Shown: positions 26,756 to 37,159, counted from the first letter of the stretch. The stretch: 64,000 nucleotides of DNA from an uncultured Pseudomonadota bacterium (GCA_949295085.1 CASFJS010000001.1:9121-73120); one strand, 5' to 3'. Program-made: numbers and translations. The notes: a model not told the origin generated them from the sequence alone.

Positions 26756-27578
26756 TTTGATTATTGTCAATATGTTGCTGCTTGGCGGAACGGCGCTTGT
26801 CGCGGCATTGATTTTATATTTTGTATCCAAAAAATTTGCCGTCCGGCGGGATGAAATGGCCATCCGCATAGCCGAATGTCTGCCTCAGGCCAATTGCGGC
26901 GCTTGCGGCAAGGCCGGGTGCGCTGATTTTGCCGCCGCCTGCGCCGGCGCGGATGAAAATGAGTTTGCCAATTTATACTGTCCGGTCGGCGGTGCGGCGG
27001 TCATGCAAAAGATAGCCTCGCTTAAAGGATTTGCCGCAACGGACAAACCGTCAACGGTGGCTGTTTTGCGCTGTCAGGGCAATTGTCGCAACGCGCCGGC
27101 CAAAATTATTTATGATGCCGTGAGCTCCTGCCGTATCGCACACCGCATTTCCAGCGGCCAAAGCGGTTGTCCGGACGGTTGTTTGCATTTGGGTGATTGT
27201 GTCAAAGTTTGTAAGTTCGGGGCATTAAGTTTTGATGAAAAAAGCGGTATGCCGGTGGTTGATACATCAAAATGCGTTTCCTGCGGTGCCTGTGTCAAAA
27301 TATGTCCGCGCGGGCTGTTTGAAATCCGTCCGCAAAGTCCGGCCGGCGGCATGGTTTATGTGGCCTGCCGCAACAAACAAAAAGGCGCCGTTGCCCGCAA
27401 AAATTGCTCTGCGGCCTGTATCGGGTGTGCCAAATGCGCCAAACTGAGCGATTTAATCAGAATAGAAGATAATCTGTCCTATATTCCGCCGGCTGTCGAT
27501 GCCGGGGAACTTGGCAGTGCATTGCAACAAGCCTGTCCAACCGGCGCCATCATTTATAAGGAGAGGATTCGTGGTTAA
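26739..27578 (+). CDS. rnfB: Rnf complex subunit B
   Basis: N-terminal TM helix, CGACGKAGC cluster, and ferredoxin motif CVSCGACVKICP. Confidence 0.9.
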   Translation: MKQMNDLIIVNMLLLGGTALVAALILYFVSKKFAVRRDEMAIRIAECLPQANCGACGKAGCADFAAACAGADENEFANLYCPVGGAAVMQKIASLKGFAATDKPSTVAVLRCQGNCRNAPAKIIYDAVSSCRIAHRISSGQSGCPDGCLHLGDCVKVCKFGALSFDEKSGMPVVDTSKCVSCGACVKICPRGLFEIRPQSPAGGMVYVACRNKQKGAVARKNCSAACIGCAKCAKLSDLIRIEDNLSYIPPAVDAGELGSALQQACPTGAIIYKERIRG

Positions 27579-28893
27579 AAAATATACGTTTCCGATGGGC
27601 GGTATCCACCCGGACAAACACAAAATAACCGCCTCATGTCCGATAATTAAAGCCGAATTACCGCCTTTTGTGACCATTCCGGTTAAGCAGCATATCGGCG
27701 CACCGGCCAAAATTCTGGTAACCAAAGGCGACAAAGTCAAGGCCGGTACTTTATTGGCCGACGCCGACGGCATTGTCTCGGCCGACGTGCATTCCTCCGT
27801 TTCCGGTGAAGTGACCAAAATTGAAGACACGCCCGGAGCAGGGGGTTATACCGAAAAGATGATAACCGTCAAGGTGGAGGGTGATGACTGGGAAAGCTCA
27901 ATTGACCGCACACCGGATATTGTCAAAGAAATTAAGCTGACAGCCGAAGAAATTATCGCCAAAATCAGGGAGGGCGGTATTGTCGGCATGGGCGGCGCCG
28001 GATACCCGACCCCGATAAAAACGACCTTACCCGAGGGTAAAAAAGCCGAAATGCTGATCATTAACGGTATTGAATGTGAACCTTTTTTAACCGCTGATGA
28101 CCGCCTCATGATTGAAAAGGCCGAACAGATAATCATGGGGGCTAAGGTCTTAAATCGGGCCTTGGGCATCCAAAATGCCGTTATCGCCATTGATGAAAAT
28201 AAACCGGACGCCATTGAAAGGATAACAAACTTAAGTAAATTATATGTCGGGGTCAATGTCAAAGTTTGCAAAACCAAATACCCCCAAGGCGGTGAGCGCC
28301 AGTTGATTAATGCCATCACCGGGCGGGAACTGCCCAGCGGCAAATTGCCGATAGATATTGGCTGTGTCGTACAAAATGTTGGCACGGTTTTTGCGGTTTA
28401 TGAAACTGTTTTAAAAAATAAACCGTTGTTTGAAAGGGTTGTGACGGTATCCGGTCCCGGCTGTGCGCATCCGGGCAATTATCTGGCGCGTATCGGCACG
28501 CCGATTTCATCGCTGATAAAACAAAGCGGCGGCCAGCCGGATGATATCGAAAAAATTGTTTTGGGCGGTCCCATGATGGGAAACACCGTTACGAACACTG
28601 AGACACCGGTAACAAAACTGACATCGGGCATCTTATTGCTAAACGGAGCCGAATTTGCCAAACATGAACCGACAGCCTGTATTCGCTGCGGTAAATGCGC
28701 GCTTGTTTGTCCTGCGGGACTTCGGCCTTTTGCCATCAGACAAGCCGTCAGTTTCAATGATCCGGCCGATACTTTGCGTCGTCTGCACGTCGGTGATTGT
28801 ATTGAGTGCGGCTGCTGTGCTTATACATGTCCGGCGCATATTCCTCTGCTGGATTATTGCAAAATTGCCAAACAAGAAATCCGAAAGAAATAG
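27571..28893 (+). CDS. rnfC: Rnf complex subunit C
   Basis: Trimmed to GTG 27571, with AAGGAGAGG upstream. The start overlaps the rnfB stop. Motifs: GMGGAGYPT, CIRCGKCALVCP, CIECGCCAYTCP. Confidence 0.88.
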   Translation: MVKKYTFPMGGIHPDKHKITASCPIIKAELPPFVTIPVKQHIGAPAKILVTKGDKVKAGTLLADADGIVSADVHSSVSGEVTKIEDTPGAGGYTEKMITVKVEGDDWESSIDRTPDIVKEIKLTAEEIIAKIREGGIVGMGGAGYPTPIKTTLPEGKKAEMLIINGIECEPFLTADDRLMIEKAEQIIMGAKVLNRALGIQNAVIAIDENKPDAIERITNLSKLYVGVNVKVCKTKYPQGGERQLINAITGRELPSGKLPIDIGCVVQNVGTVFAVYETVLKNKPLFERVVTVSGPGCAHPGNYLARIGTPISSLIKQSGGQPDDIEKIVLGGPMMGNTVTNTETPVTKLTSGILLLNGAEFAKHEPTACIRCGKCALVCPAGLRPFAIRQAVSFNDPADTLRRLHVGDCIECGCCAYTCPAHIPLLDYCKIAKQEIRKK

Positions 28894-28895
28894 CC

Positions 28896-29879
28896 ATGCT
28901 TAAAATATCTGCCAATCCGCACACTCAAACCAGTCGCGATACCCGCGCCATCATGCTTGATGTCATTATCGCTTTAATGCCGGCGGCGCTTGCCGCAATG
29001 TTGTTTTTCGGCATTGATGCACTGCGGGTTATGCTGACATCGGTTGCCGGCTGCGTCATGTTTGAATATCTGGCCTGCCGCTATTGGCTCAAAATAAAAA
29101 CAACAACCGGCGATCTCTCGGCTGTAATTACCGGTTTATTGTTGTCTTACAATCTGCCGTCGACCATGCCTTGCTGGATGATATTAATTGGCGCCTTTAT
29201 GGCAATTATCGTTGCCAAAATATGCTTTGGCGGCTTGGGCAAAAATATTTTTAATCCGGCGTTGGTCGGCCGGGTTTTTTTGTTTATTTCTTTTCCTGTT
29301 CAGATGACGATATGGCCAAAGCCGTATTTTTTGCAATGGACGTCTCCGGACGGCCAAACGGGAGCCACACCGTTGAATATTCTCAAAAACATAGAAATTT
29401 CATCGGAACATTCCATGTATTTGCCGGATGATTTGCCCGGATATTGGAATATGTTTGTCGGCAATATCGGCGGTTGTATTGGCGAAGTGTCGTCTTTGGC
29501 GTTGCTTTTGGGTTTTGTCTGGCTGCTATGGCGGCGGGTTATCACCTGGCATATACCGGTTTATTATTTGGCCGCGGTTTTTGCACTGACATCCGTGTTG
29601 TACCTGGCCACCGGTGAAATCAAGTTTTTACCGCTGGCTCATCTGTTGTCCGGCGGTCTGATGCTCGGTGCGATTTTTATGGCAACGGATTATACGACCT
29701 CGCCGATGACCATCAAAGGCCAAATAATTTTTGCTGTCGGCTGTGGTCTTCTGACCGTTATTATTCGCGCTTTCAGTGCTTATCCGGAGGGGGTGTCGTT
29801 TGCTGTTTTGATTATGAACGCATTGGTGCCGCTAATTGATAAATTTGCCGTCCAGCGTTATTACGGGGAGAAAAAATAA
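28896..29879 (+). CDS. rnfD: Rnf complex subunit D
   Basis: Trimmed to MLKISANPH, the ATG 2 nt after the rnfC stop. FMATDYTTSP is the flavinylation-site region. Confidence 0.92.
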   Translation: MLKISANPHTQTSRDTRAIMLDVIIALMPAALAAMLFFGIDALRVMLTSVAGCVMFEYLACRYWLKIKTTTGDLSAVITGLLLSYNLPSTMPCWMILIGAFMAIIVAKICFGGLGKNIFNPALVGRVFLFISFPVQMTIWPKPYFLQWTSPDGQTGATPLNILKNIEISSEHSMYLPDDLPGYWNMFVGNIGGCIGEVSSLALLLGFVWLLWRRVITWHIPVYYLAAVFALTSVLYLATGEIKFLPLAHLLSGGLMLGAIFMATDYTTSPMTIKGQIIFAVGCGLLTVIIRAFSAYPEGVSFAVLIMNALVPLIDKFAVQRYYGEKK

Positions 29880-30469
29880 TGGCGAAAAAGAGACAAAGCT
29901 TTTGGCAACCGTTGATCGTTCTGGTCGGTATTGCCGTTGTTTCGGCTTTTATGCTGGCTTACGTCGAACAGATAACCGAGGTACCGATAAAAAAGGCCAA
30001 AGATGCTCAGGAACTTGCGGCCATCGCCGAGGTGGTCAACGCATTTGACAACAACCCGTTTGCCGAAAAAATGATTATTACCACGGCCAATAGAAAACAC
30101 AAACTGACAATGTATCCGGCTCGCAAAGACGGAGTCCTTAATTCGGTTGCCATTAAGGCGTATACCAACACCGGCTTTGGCGGCAGGATAGAACTGATGG
30201 CCGGTTTTAATGTTGACGGTTCCATCAGAAATTTTAAAATTACCTCAAGCAATGAGACACCGGGGCTTGGTTCAAAAGTCGATGAGCCGAAATTTAAAGA
30301 GCAGTTTCACGGCTTTTATCCGGAACGGCAGATATTGAAAGTTCGGCAAGACGGCGGCGATGTTGATGCCGTTACCGCGGCAACCATCAGTTCGCGTGCG
30401 GTATTAAAAGCTCTGGATAGGGCCTATGATGCTTTCAGGACATTTAAATCGGGAGACAGTCATGAATAA
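29879..30469 (+). CDS. rnfG: Rnf complex subunit G
   Basis: N-terminal anchor and FMN-attachment region VDAVTAATISSRAV. Confidence 0.88.
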   Translation: MAKKRQSFWQPLIVLVGIAVVSAFMLAYVEQITEVPIKKAKDAQELAAIAEVVNAFDNNPFAEKMIITTANRKHKLTMYPARKDGVLNSVAIKAYTNTGFGGRIELMAGFNVDGSIRNFKITSSNETPGLGSKVDEPKFKEQFHGFYPERQILKVRQDGGDVDAVTAATISSRAVLKALDRAYDAFRTFKSGDSHE

Positions 30470-31058
30470 AACAAGCTTGGAAAATCTGACTCGCGGTCTG
30501 TTTAAGGAAAACCCGACTTTTGTCATGTTGCTCGGGATGTGCCCGACTTTGGGTGTGTCGACCTCCGCCGCCAACGGTCTTGGTATGGGGCTGGCCACGG
30601 CTTTTGTGTTGTTGCTGTCAAATATGGGAATCTCTCTGGTTAAAAACATTATTCCGGACATTATTCGTATTCCGAGTTTTATTGTCATTATTGCTTCTTT
30701 CGTCACCGTTATTGAGATGTTGATGCAGGCTTATCTGCCGCAATTATACGCGGCTCTGGGGATTTATATTCCGTTGATTGTGGTCAATTGCATTATCTTA
30801 GGGAGAGCAGAGGCTTTTGCTTCAAAAAACAATATATGGCAGTCGTTTTTGGATGCCCTCGGCATGGGGCTTGGTTTCACCATGGCCTTGACCATACTCG
30901 GATCCATAAGGGAAATCTTGGGCAATGGTTCATTGTTCGGCCGGTCGTTTATTAGTGAAGATACGCCGACGATGCTGCTGTTTATTATGCCGCCGGGAGC
31001 CTTTTTGGCTTTGGCCGGTATCATCATTGTGGTTAATAAGCTACGGGGAGTCAAATAG
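30462..31058 (+). CDS. rnfE: Rnf complex subunit E
   Basis: Trimmed to MNKTSLENLTRGLFKENP. Polytopic RnfE/NqrD-like sequence LLGMCPTLGVS. Confidence 0.92.
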   Translation: MNKTSLENLTRGLFKENPTFVMLLGMCPTLGVSTSAANGLGMGLATAFVLLLSNMGISLVKNIIPDIIRIPSFIVIIASFVTVIEMLMQAYLPQLYAALGIYIPLIVVNCIILGRAEAFASKNNIWQSFLDALGMGLGFTMALTILGSIREILGNGSLFGRSFISEDTPTMLLFIMPPGAFLALAGIIIVVNKLRGVK

Positions 31059-31060
31059 CC

Positions 31061-31636
31061 ATGGCGTACATGATGATTTTTATTACCGCAATTTTTGTAA
31101 ACAATATTATCTTGTCGCAGTTTCTGGGTATTTGCCCCTTTTTGGGCGTATCCAAAAGAATTTCAACCGCCGTCGGCATGGGTTTGGCAGTTATGTTTGT
31201 CATGACCTTGGCCACAGTGGTGACATTTTTGATCTATTACACGTTTTTGCAGCCATATAACCTCAAGTTTATGACCACGGTAACGTTTATTTTGGTCATT
31301 GCCTCACTGGTGCAGATGGTCGAACTGATTATCAAGAAGACATCGCCGGGGCTGTACCAGTCTTTGGGGATTTTCCTGCCGCTGATCACCACCAACTGTG
31401 CCGTTTTGGGTATAGCCATGCTGACGATTCAAAAGAATTATACTTTACTGGCTGGTATTTGTTATACTTTGGCGTCGGCAATGGGTTTCACGTTGGCAAT
31501 TGTTATTTTTGCCGGCATTCGCGAACGTCTGGAACGCACCGAGATCCCTCAGGCTTTAAAGGGAACGCCGATTGTTTTAATTTCGGCGGCGCTGTTGTCA
31601 ATGGCCTTTATGGGTTTTGCCGGCATATCTTATTAG
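31061..31636 (+). CDS. rnfA: Rnf complex subunit A
   Basis: 191 aa, polytopic, RnfA/NqrE-like sequence (LSQFLGICPFLGVS). Confidence 0.93.
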   Translation: MAYMMIFITAIFVNNIILSQFLGICPFLGVSKRISTAVGMGLAVMFVMTLATVVTFLIYYTFLQPYNLKFMTTVTFILVIASLVQMVELIIKKTSPGLYQSLGIFLPLITTNCAVLGIAMLTIQKNYTLLAGICYTLASAMGFTLAIVIFAGIRERLERTEIPQALKGTPIVLISAALLSMAFMGFAGISY

Positions 31637-32272
31637 TCAGAGCAGGGCTCTTATATGCCGGATAACATCCTCAAACATCTGCGGCGTCAATACACCGGTA
31701 TTGATATTGTAGCGCGATGTATGATATGAATTAACCAAATACAGGTTGTGTTTTGCCAGACAATGCTCGGCGTTGTGAGCAAATTTGAATGCCGCTTTTT
31801 TATAACCCAAAACGCCCAACACGGCATTATGCGCCACACTGCCAAGCGCCAGAATGACTTTAAGCTTGGGCATGGCGGCAATTTCTTGAACAAGATAGCT
31901 GCCGCAAGCTTTAATCTCGGCGCCGGTAACTTTGTTTTGCGGCGGCACACAGCGCACCGAGTTGGTTACCCGGACATCAATCAGCCGGAAACCGTCATTG
32001 GCACGTTTGGCGTAAACACCTTCGGCAAATCCGTATTTTTGCAACATCGGATAAAGCACGTCACCGGCATAATCATTGGTAAAAGGGCGTCCGGTTTGGT
32101 TGGCGCCGTTCAATCCGGGAGCCAGACCGACAATTAAAACTTCGGCATTCAATTCGCCGAACGGTGGCACCGGAGCATTAAAATAGGTTGGAAATTTTTT
32201 GCTGTTTTCGGCGCGAAATTGAAGCAGCCGCGGGCATTTGTCGCAAGTATTATCAGGAGCTCTGAAAGCCAT
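31637..32272 (-). CDS. uracil-DNA glycosylase superfamily protein (family 4/5-like)
   Basis: Motif VGLAPGLNGANQTGRPFTNDYAG and the C-terminal HTSRYN motif. The stop codon abuts the rnfA stop with zero spacing. Confidence 0.8.
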   Translation of the reverse strand: MAFRAPDNTCDKCPRLLQFRAENSKKFPTYFNAPVPPFGELNAEVLIVGLAPGLNGANQTGRPFTNDYAGDVLYPMLQKYGFAEGVYAKRANDGFRLIDVRVTNSVRCVPPQNKVTGAEIKACGSYLVQEIAAMPKLKVILALGSVAHNAVLGVLGYKKAAFKFAHNAEHCLAKHNLYLVNSYHTSRYNINTGVLTPQMFEDVIRHIRALL

Positions 32273-32466
32273 TAAGACACCTCCGTTTCATAATGCTTTT
32301 CCGATATATCAGCAAAATTATGTAAAAAAATATTTAACCGCCTCTTTAAATTTTTCTTATACGGATTATCTGATTTGCGTAAACCGATTGTCTATATGGT
32401 TTACAAAAGATGGACGACCAAAAAATGTAAAATAAAATCTGTTTATATAAATGGAGTTTAATAATC

Positions 32467-33030
32467 ATGAAAAAAACATTATTGCTTGCAGGCGCGGCCT
32501 GTATTTTGATGGCGGCCGAGGCCTCGGCCGGATGGTCGGATATGGCACAAAATTCCAAACTCTATGTTGGTGCCGATTATGCTTTCAGTTCGTATGATTT
32601 TAAAGGCGGTCTGGATGAAGCCAAAAAATCTTATAATTCTGCCATGGTCAATATCGGTACCCGGATGGATCGTATCGGTGCCGAAATTTTTGGCCAGTGG
32701 AGCGGCAAGCGCACCAAAGACTTAACGGATGGTAAACTAAAAACCAAAGTCAACGCCTATGGTTTGGATCTGTACGGCTATCAGCCTTTGGGGTGTGAAG
32801 GAAAATATGACCTGTTGGCAACAATCGGTGTTGCTGATTATTACTACAAAGGCGAAAGCAAAGACGGCAGCCACAGCAATAACCGTATCGGCTGGCGTAT
32901 CGGCGGCGGCGCCATGTACAATATGACGGATCACGTATCGGCTCGTATTGTCGGCAGATATGCTTATATCGGCGCCAAAGAGTTAAATCACGTTGCCGAG
33001 GTTACCGCCGGTCTTCGTTACTCATTTTAA
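32467..33030 (+). CDS. small outer-membrane beta-barrel protein
   Basis: Signal peptide ending AEASA, alternating amphipathic strands, aromatic girdle residues, and a C-terminal GLRYSF. Confidence 0.7.
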   Translation: MKKTLLLAGAACILMAAEASAGWSDMAQNSKLYVGADYAFSSYDFKGGLDEAKKSYNSAMVNIGTRMDRIGAEIFGQWSGKRTKDLTDGKLKTKVNAYGLDLYGYQPLGCEGKYDLLATIGVADYYYKGESKDGSHSNNRIGWRIGGGAMYNMTDHVSARIVGRYAYIGAKELNHVAEVTAGLRYSF

Positions 33031-33047
33031 TTGTCACCCCAAGATCC

Positions 33048-33088
33048 AAAGAGTCTTTTCATTTCAAGAAAAGGCTCTTTAATTTTTT
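33048..33088. terminator. bidirectional hairpin terminator between convergent genes
   Basis: aaagagtcttttc-atttcaa-gaaaaggctcttt forms a 13-bp stem with one G.U pair. It is flanked by an A run upstream and a T run downstream. Confidence 0.6.
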
Positions 33089-34478
33089 AAGAAACGGACG
33101 GTATATGATATTTTAGGGCATGTTTGCGCAAAAATATTTTGCGCATTTCCTGAGGATTGATTTTGGTAACAACCCAAAAATAGCCGCCGCAAACCACCAA
33201 AGCGCCGCCGACCCAGGCTGTCGGTCCCGACCAGAAAATGCCGACATATCCTAAAACATGAGCCAAATACAATGCCGCAAAGATTCGTACGCCAAGCTCC
33301 ACAAAACCGGATATCAGCGGAATAATCGTGCGCCCCATGCCTTGTAATGTGTTGCGCGCCACAAAGATACAGGATAAAAAGAAATAAAAATAGGAACTGA
33401 TAAGCAAATATTCTTGTCCGATATGAACAATTTTTTCGTCGCCGCCCTCAATAAAAGCCGAAACCATGTGCGAACCGTAAAAGCGCACACTCAGGCTGAC
33501 AATAATGCTTAAGACAAAACAGGCTGCCAAACTCAGACGCACACCCTGACGTATGCGGCGGATAAGCGCCGCGCCAAAATTTTGTGCCGAATAAGTCGCA
33601 CAGGCAATGCCGATGGCAAACAAAGGCTGGGTCGATACTTGTTCAATCCGCATGGCCGCGGTAAATCCGGCAATAACATCCGTACCAAAAGAGTTACAAA
33701 CACTTTGAATAACCATCATGCTCAAAGCAAGGATTGAAAACTGCAACGCCATCGGCACGGCAACTTTAAGGTGTTCCATCATGAATTTATGATTATATCG
33801 GCAATCGGCTTTGGTGATTTGCAGCAGAGGAATTTTTTTGGCAATAAACCATACACAAGCGGCGGCGCTGATAAGCATTGATACAAAAGTACCGCCGGCC
33901 GAACCGACCACGCCCAATCTCAGATAGTAGATAAAAAAGAAGTTAAACAAAATATTTAACAACGATGAGGCAATCAAAAAGTAAAGCGGCGTTTTGGAAT
34001 CACCCAGAGCCCGAATAAAACCGGACAGCAGATTATACATAACAATGGCGGTGATGGATAGCCCCAAAACCAGCATAAAAGAATAGGCCTCGTCCATAAT
34101 TTCCGCCGGAACGTTCATCAGACGGAGCAAGGGCCGCAGAAATAAAATCAGGCAAATGGAAATAAACAAGCTTAAAAGTCCGGCGGCAATCAATGAGTGA
34201 AACACCGAAGATTTAATTCCGGTTACGTCGCGCGCACCAAAACGTTGTGCCGTAATAACGGTCAGCCCGGCCGTAAATCCGAAAGCCACCATCAAAAACA
34301 TAAAAAACAACGGTGCTGAGGCGCCGACGGCCGCCAGTGATTTGACACCGAGCAACCGCCCGACAATTAAAATATCGGATATTTGAAACAACTGTTGAAA
34401 AATATTACCGATTAAAATCGGCAATGCAAACCACATAATCAATTTTAGAGGATTTCCTCTGGTCAAATCTCTAATCAT
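33087..34478 (-). CDS. MATE-family efflux transporter
   Basis: Trimmed from TTG 34541 to MIRDLTRGNPLKLIMWFALPILIGNIFQQ. It has 12 predicted TM helices. Confidence 0.88.
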   Translation of the reverse strand: MIRDLTRGNPLKLIMWFALPILIGNIFQQLFQISDILIVGRLLGVKSLAAVGASAPLFFMFLMVAFGFTAGLTVITAQRFGARDVTGIKSSVFHSLIAAGLLSLFISICLILFLRPLLRLMNVPAEIMDEAYSFMLVLGLSITAIVMYNLLSGFIRALGDSKTPLYFLIASSLLNILFNFFFIYYLRLGVVGSAGGTFVSMLISAAACVWFIAKKIPLLQITKADCRYNHKFMMEHLKVAVPMALQFSILALSMMVIQSVCNSFGTDVIAGFTAAMRIEQVSTQPLFAIGIACATYSAQNFGAALIRRIRQGVRLSLAACFVLSIIVSLSVRFYGSHMVSAFIEGGDEKIVHIGQEYLLISSYFYFFLSCIFVARNTLQGMGRTIIPLISGFVELGVRIFAALYLAHVLGYVGIFWSGPTAWVGGALVVCGGYFWVVTKINPQEMRKIFLRKHALKYHIPSVS

Positions 34479-34636
34479 CCGCTCACCCGTTGTCTCAAAC
34501 CATAGGTCTTTTAATGCCTTAAAATCAAATTGTAAAGTCAAAAAGCAAAATTCATACCATAATATATGATTATTATTTATTTTTAATTAATCTTTCACGG
34601 CAATGCGCAAATAAGAGAGCGTACCGACGCGGGATA

Positions 34637-35365
34637 TCAATTCTCATTCGGATGTTTGCCAGAGGAACTGAGCATTTCATCGACAAAAGCGGGGAGTGTG
34701 TTTCCGGCCGACCCCATAATATGTCGATCAAAATAAAAGTTGTTGGATGTTTGCTCCATATTAAATTCATAAGTCGTTGCGCCATGGTATTTAGCTGTTT
34801 GAACAAAAGCCGCCGCCGGAAAAACCACACCGGAAGTGCCTATTGATAAAAACAAATCACATTGGCGCAACAATTCATCAACTTTATTCATATACAAAAG
34901 ATTTTCCCCGAAAAACACGATATTCGGTTTCATCATGCCGGCAATGCCGCAATGCGGACAAACCGTTTCGGTGTCAACATCGCCCGAAGCATCGGCAATT
35001 TGGCCGCAGTTCAAACACACGGCTTGGTTTATTTGTCCGTGGATATGATACACATTTTGGTTGCCGGCTTTTTCATGCAGCAAATCAACATTTTGAGTAA
35101 CGACGGATATTTCGGCGGGATATTCCTTTTGCAGCTTCGTAATAGCCAGATGCGCCGCATTGGGCTTAGCCGCAAGCACCTGTTTTTTCAAATCATTATA
35201 AAATTCATGAACATAAGCCGGATGACGCTCAAAAGCCTCGAGAGTTGCCACGTCTTCAACCCGATGGTTGTTCCAGAGGCCGTTTGCGGCACGAAAAGTC
35301 GACAACCCGGATTCGGCCGAAATACCGGCACCGGTCAAAATAACAATATGATTAAATCTGTCCAT
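34637..35365 (-). CDS. cobB: NAD-dependent protein deacylase (Sir2 family)
   Basis: Trimmed from TTG 35419 to MDRFNHIVILTGAGISAESGL. Contains VTQNVDLLHEKAG and the zinc motifs CLNCG...CPHCG. Confidence 0.88.
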   Translation of the reverse strand: MDRFNHIVILTGAGISAESGLSTFRAANGLWNNHRVEDVATLEAFERHPAYVHEFYNDLKKQVLAAKPNAAHLAITKLQKEYPAEISVVTQNVDLLHEKAGNQNVYHIHGQINQAVCLNCGQIADASGDVDTETVCPHCGIAGMMKPNIVFFGENLLYMNKVDELLRQCDLFLSIGTSGVVFPAAAFVQTAKYHGATTYEFNMEQTSNNFYFDRHIMGSAGNTLPAFVDEMLSSSGKHPNEN

Positions 35366-35441
35366 CTGAACAATCCCTAAATAACGGTTGCTTTTGCATA
35401 TGGTTGATTTATAATCCAAAACCGAAAGGAATCAAGAAAAA

Positions 35442-35996
35442 ATGCGCTTTTTGCTACTGTCTTGCTGTGCACCGTGTTCTTGTGCTGTCATTGAAAAACT
35501 GGCGCAAGAAAAAACTGATTTTGCCGTCATTTTTTATAATCCGAACATTCGTCCGCTGACCGAATATCAAAAAAGGTGCAACGAAAACAAAAGGCTATGC
35601 GAAAAATATAAGATAGATTTTATTGAACTTGAATATGACAACGAACGTTGGTGTGCACTAACCAAGGGAATGGAAAATCTGCCCGAACGCAGCGAACGCT
35701 GTTCAATTTGTTTTGGCATGCGCCTGCGACAAGCGTTTGAATACGCTAAAGCCAACGGTTATGAGGCTGTTGCCAGTGTTTTAGGGGTTTCGCGCTATAA
35801 AGATTTGAATCAGGTTAACCGTGTAGCACACGCCGAAGCCGCGCGGGCAGGGCTGCCGTATCTGGAAATTGAAGGGCGTAAGGGAGGCATGCAGGAACGA
35901 CGCCAACAATTAATCAAAGAGCTCAATTTGTATAATCAAACTTATTGCGGTTGCAAACCGCGGGAGGAGGCGGAATGTTCTGGCAAAAATGGCTAA
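35442..35996 (+). CDS. queH: epoxyqueuosine reductase QueH (DUF208)
   Basis: LLLSCCAPCS, ERCSICFGMRL and a C-terminal YCGC. Confidence 0.85.
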   Translation: MRFLLLSCCAPCSCAVIEKLAQEKTDFAVIFYNPNIRPLTEYQKRCNENKRLCEKYKIDFIELEYDNERWCALTKGMENLPERSERCSICFGMRLRQAFEYAKANGYEAVASVLGVSRYKDLNQVNRVAHAEAARAGLPYLEIEGRKGGMQERRQQLIKELNLYNQTYCGCKPREEAECSGKNG

Positions 35997-36895
35997 CACC
36001 AAAACCGTTTAACGAAGGGTGGCTGCCGGACGAAAACGGACACCGGGTTTATTTTGCCGAGTTTGGTAACCGTAAAGGCATGCCGGTGTTGTTTTTCCAC
36101 GGAGGCCCGGGTGGCAGTTGTAAAGCAAAATATGCCAAAACCGTTAATCTGCGCAAATATCGCGTAATTATGTTTGATCAGCGCGGTTGCGGACAATCCC
36201 AACCTTTGGGTAAGTTGGAATATAATACCACCAAGGATTTATTGGATGATGTTGATCGTCTGTTGAATCATTTGAATATACAAGGCAAAGTGATTTTGCG
36301 CGGAGCCTCCTGGGGATCAACACTGGCGCTGTTGTGGGCAGAAAGGCATCCGCAAAGAGTAGAAAAATTGTTGCTGTCGCAAGTTTTTTTAGCTAATCAG
36401 GATTTCCACAATTGGGAGTTTGGCGGAAGCGGGTACTTATATCCCGAATTTGTATCATATATACAAGAGGAATCAACTGGAAAAACAATTAGCTATTACA
36501 ACAAGTTAATCCAATCGGATAACCTGCAGGACCAACTTACCGCGGCCAATCATTATGGCTGGTTTGAACGTGTCTGCGGCAGTATGGAGCCATCGTTTGG
36601 CACTTTTACCGAGCTTTCCGAAAAAGAATTGGCTTCGCAACGGATTTACATGCACTATGCTGCCAATAATTTCTTTTTAAATGCCAATGATATTTTGGAT
36701 AACATACACAAAATCAAAGAGATAGAGGCTTGTATTGTTCACAACAGGTTAGATTTGATAGCGCCTCTGAAAGGTGCTTGGGATATCCATAAAGCCTTGC
36801 CGAATTCCAAATTGATCATTGTGCCGGATTTTGGCCATGTCAGCGCCAAACTATATAAGACCATCAAAAAAGAATATGCCAAAACACTAAAGTAA
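35975..36895 (+). CDS. pip: proline iminopeptidase-type alpha/beta hydrolase
   Basis: Trimmed to MFWQKWL, with GGGAGGAGG as the RBS. Contains HGGPGG and the nucleophile elbow GASWGS. Confidence 0.82.
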   Translation: MFWQKWLTPKPFNEGWLPDENGHRVYFAEFGNRKGMPVLFFHGGPGGSCKAKYAKTVNLRKYRVIMFDQRGCGQSQPLGKLEYNTTKDLLDDVDRLLNHLNIQGKVILRGASWGSTLALLWAERHPQRVEKLLLSQVFLANQDFHNWEFGGSGYLYPEFVSYIQEESTGKTISYYNKLIQSDNLQDQLTAANHYGWFERVCGSMEPSFGTFTELSEKELASQRIYMHYAANNFFLNANDILDNIHKIKEIEACIVHNRLDLIAPLKGAWDIHKALPNSKLIIVPDFGHVSAKLYKTIKKEYAKTLK

Positions 36896-37159
36896 ATGAA
36901 AATAAAACATATGCTCAAAAAAACAAACACCAAAATACAAACAGATTTTGAACAGGCACATTATATAATTCTGTCATTATATCGGGCATATTCTGTCGGC
37001 TTATTAAAAAATCCGGCACAAAAAGAAACATATATAACAGCCATGCGGCAAATAAAAAAAGATTTGCAGAATTTATCCGGAGACGAACTAATAGCCAAAG
37101 CCGTAAGAACTTATCAACCGGTTTTGCAAAAATTAAAAACCGGTGATATTAAGCGATAA
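36896..37159 (+). CDS. hypothetical small protein (87 aa)
   Basis: The ATG directly follows the pip stop, and a hairpin terminator follows the ORF. No family recognised. Confidence 0.4.
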   Translation: MKIKHMLKKTNTKIQTDFEQAHYIILSLYRAYSVGLLKNPAQKETYITAMRQIKKDLQNLSGDELIAKAVRTYQPVLQKLKTGDIKR

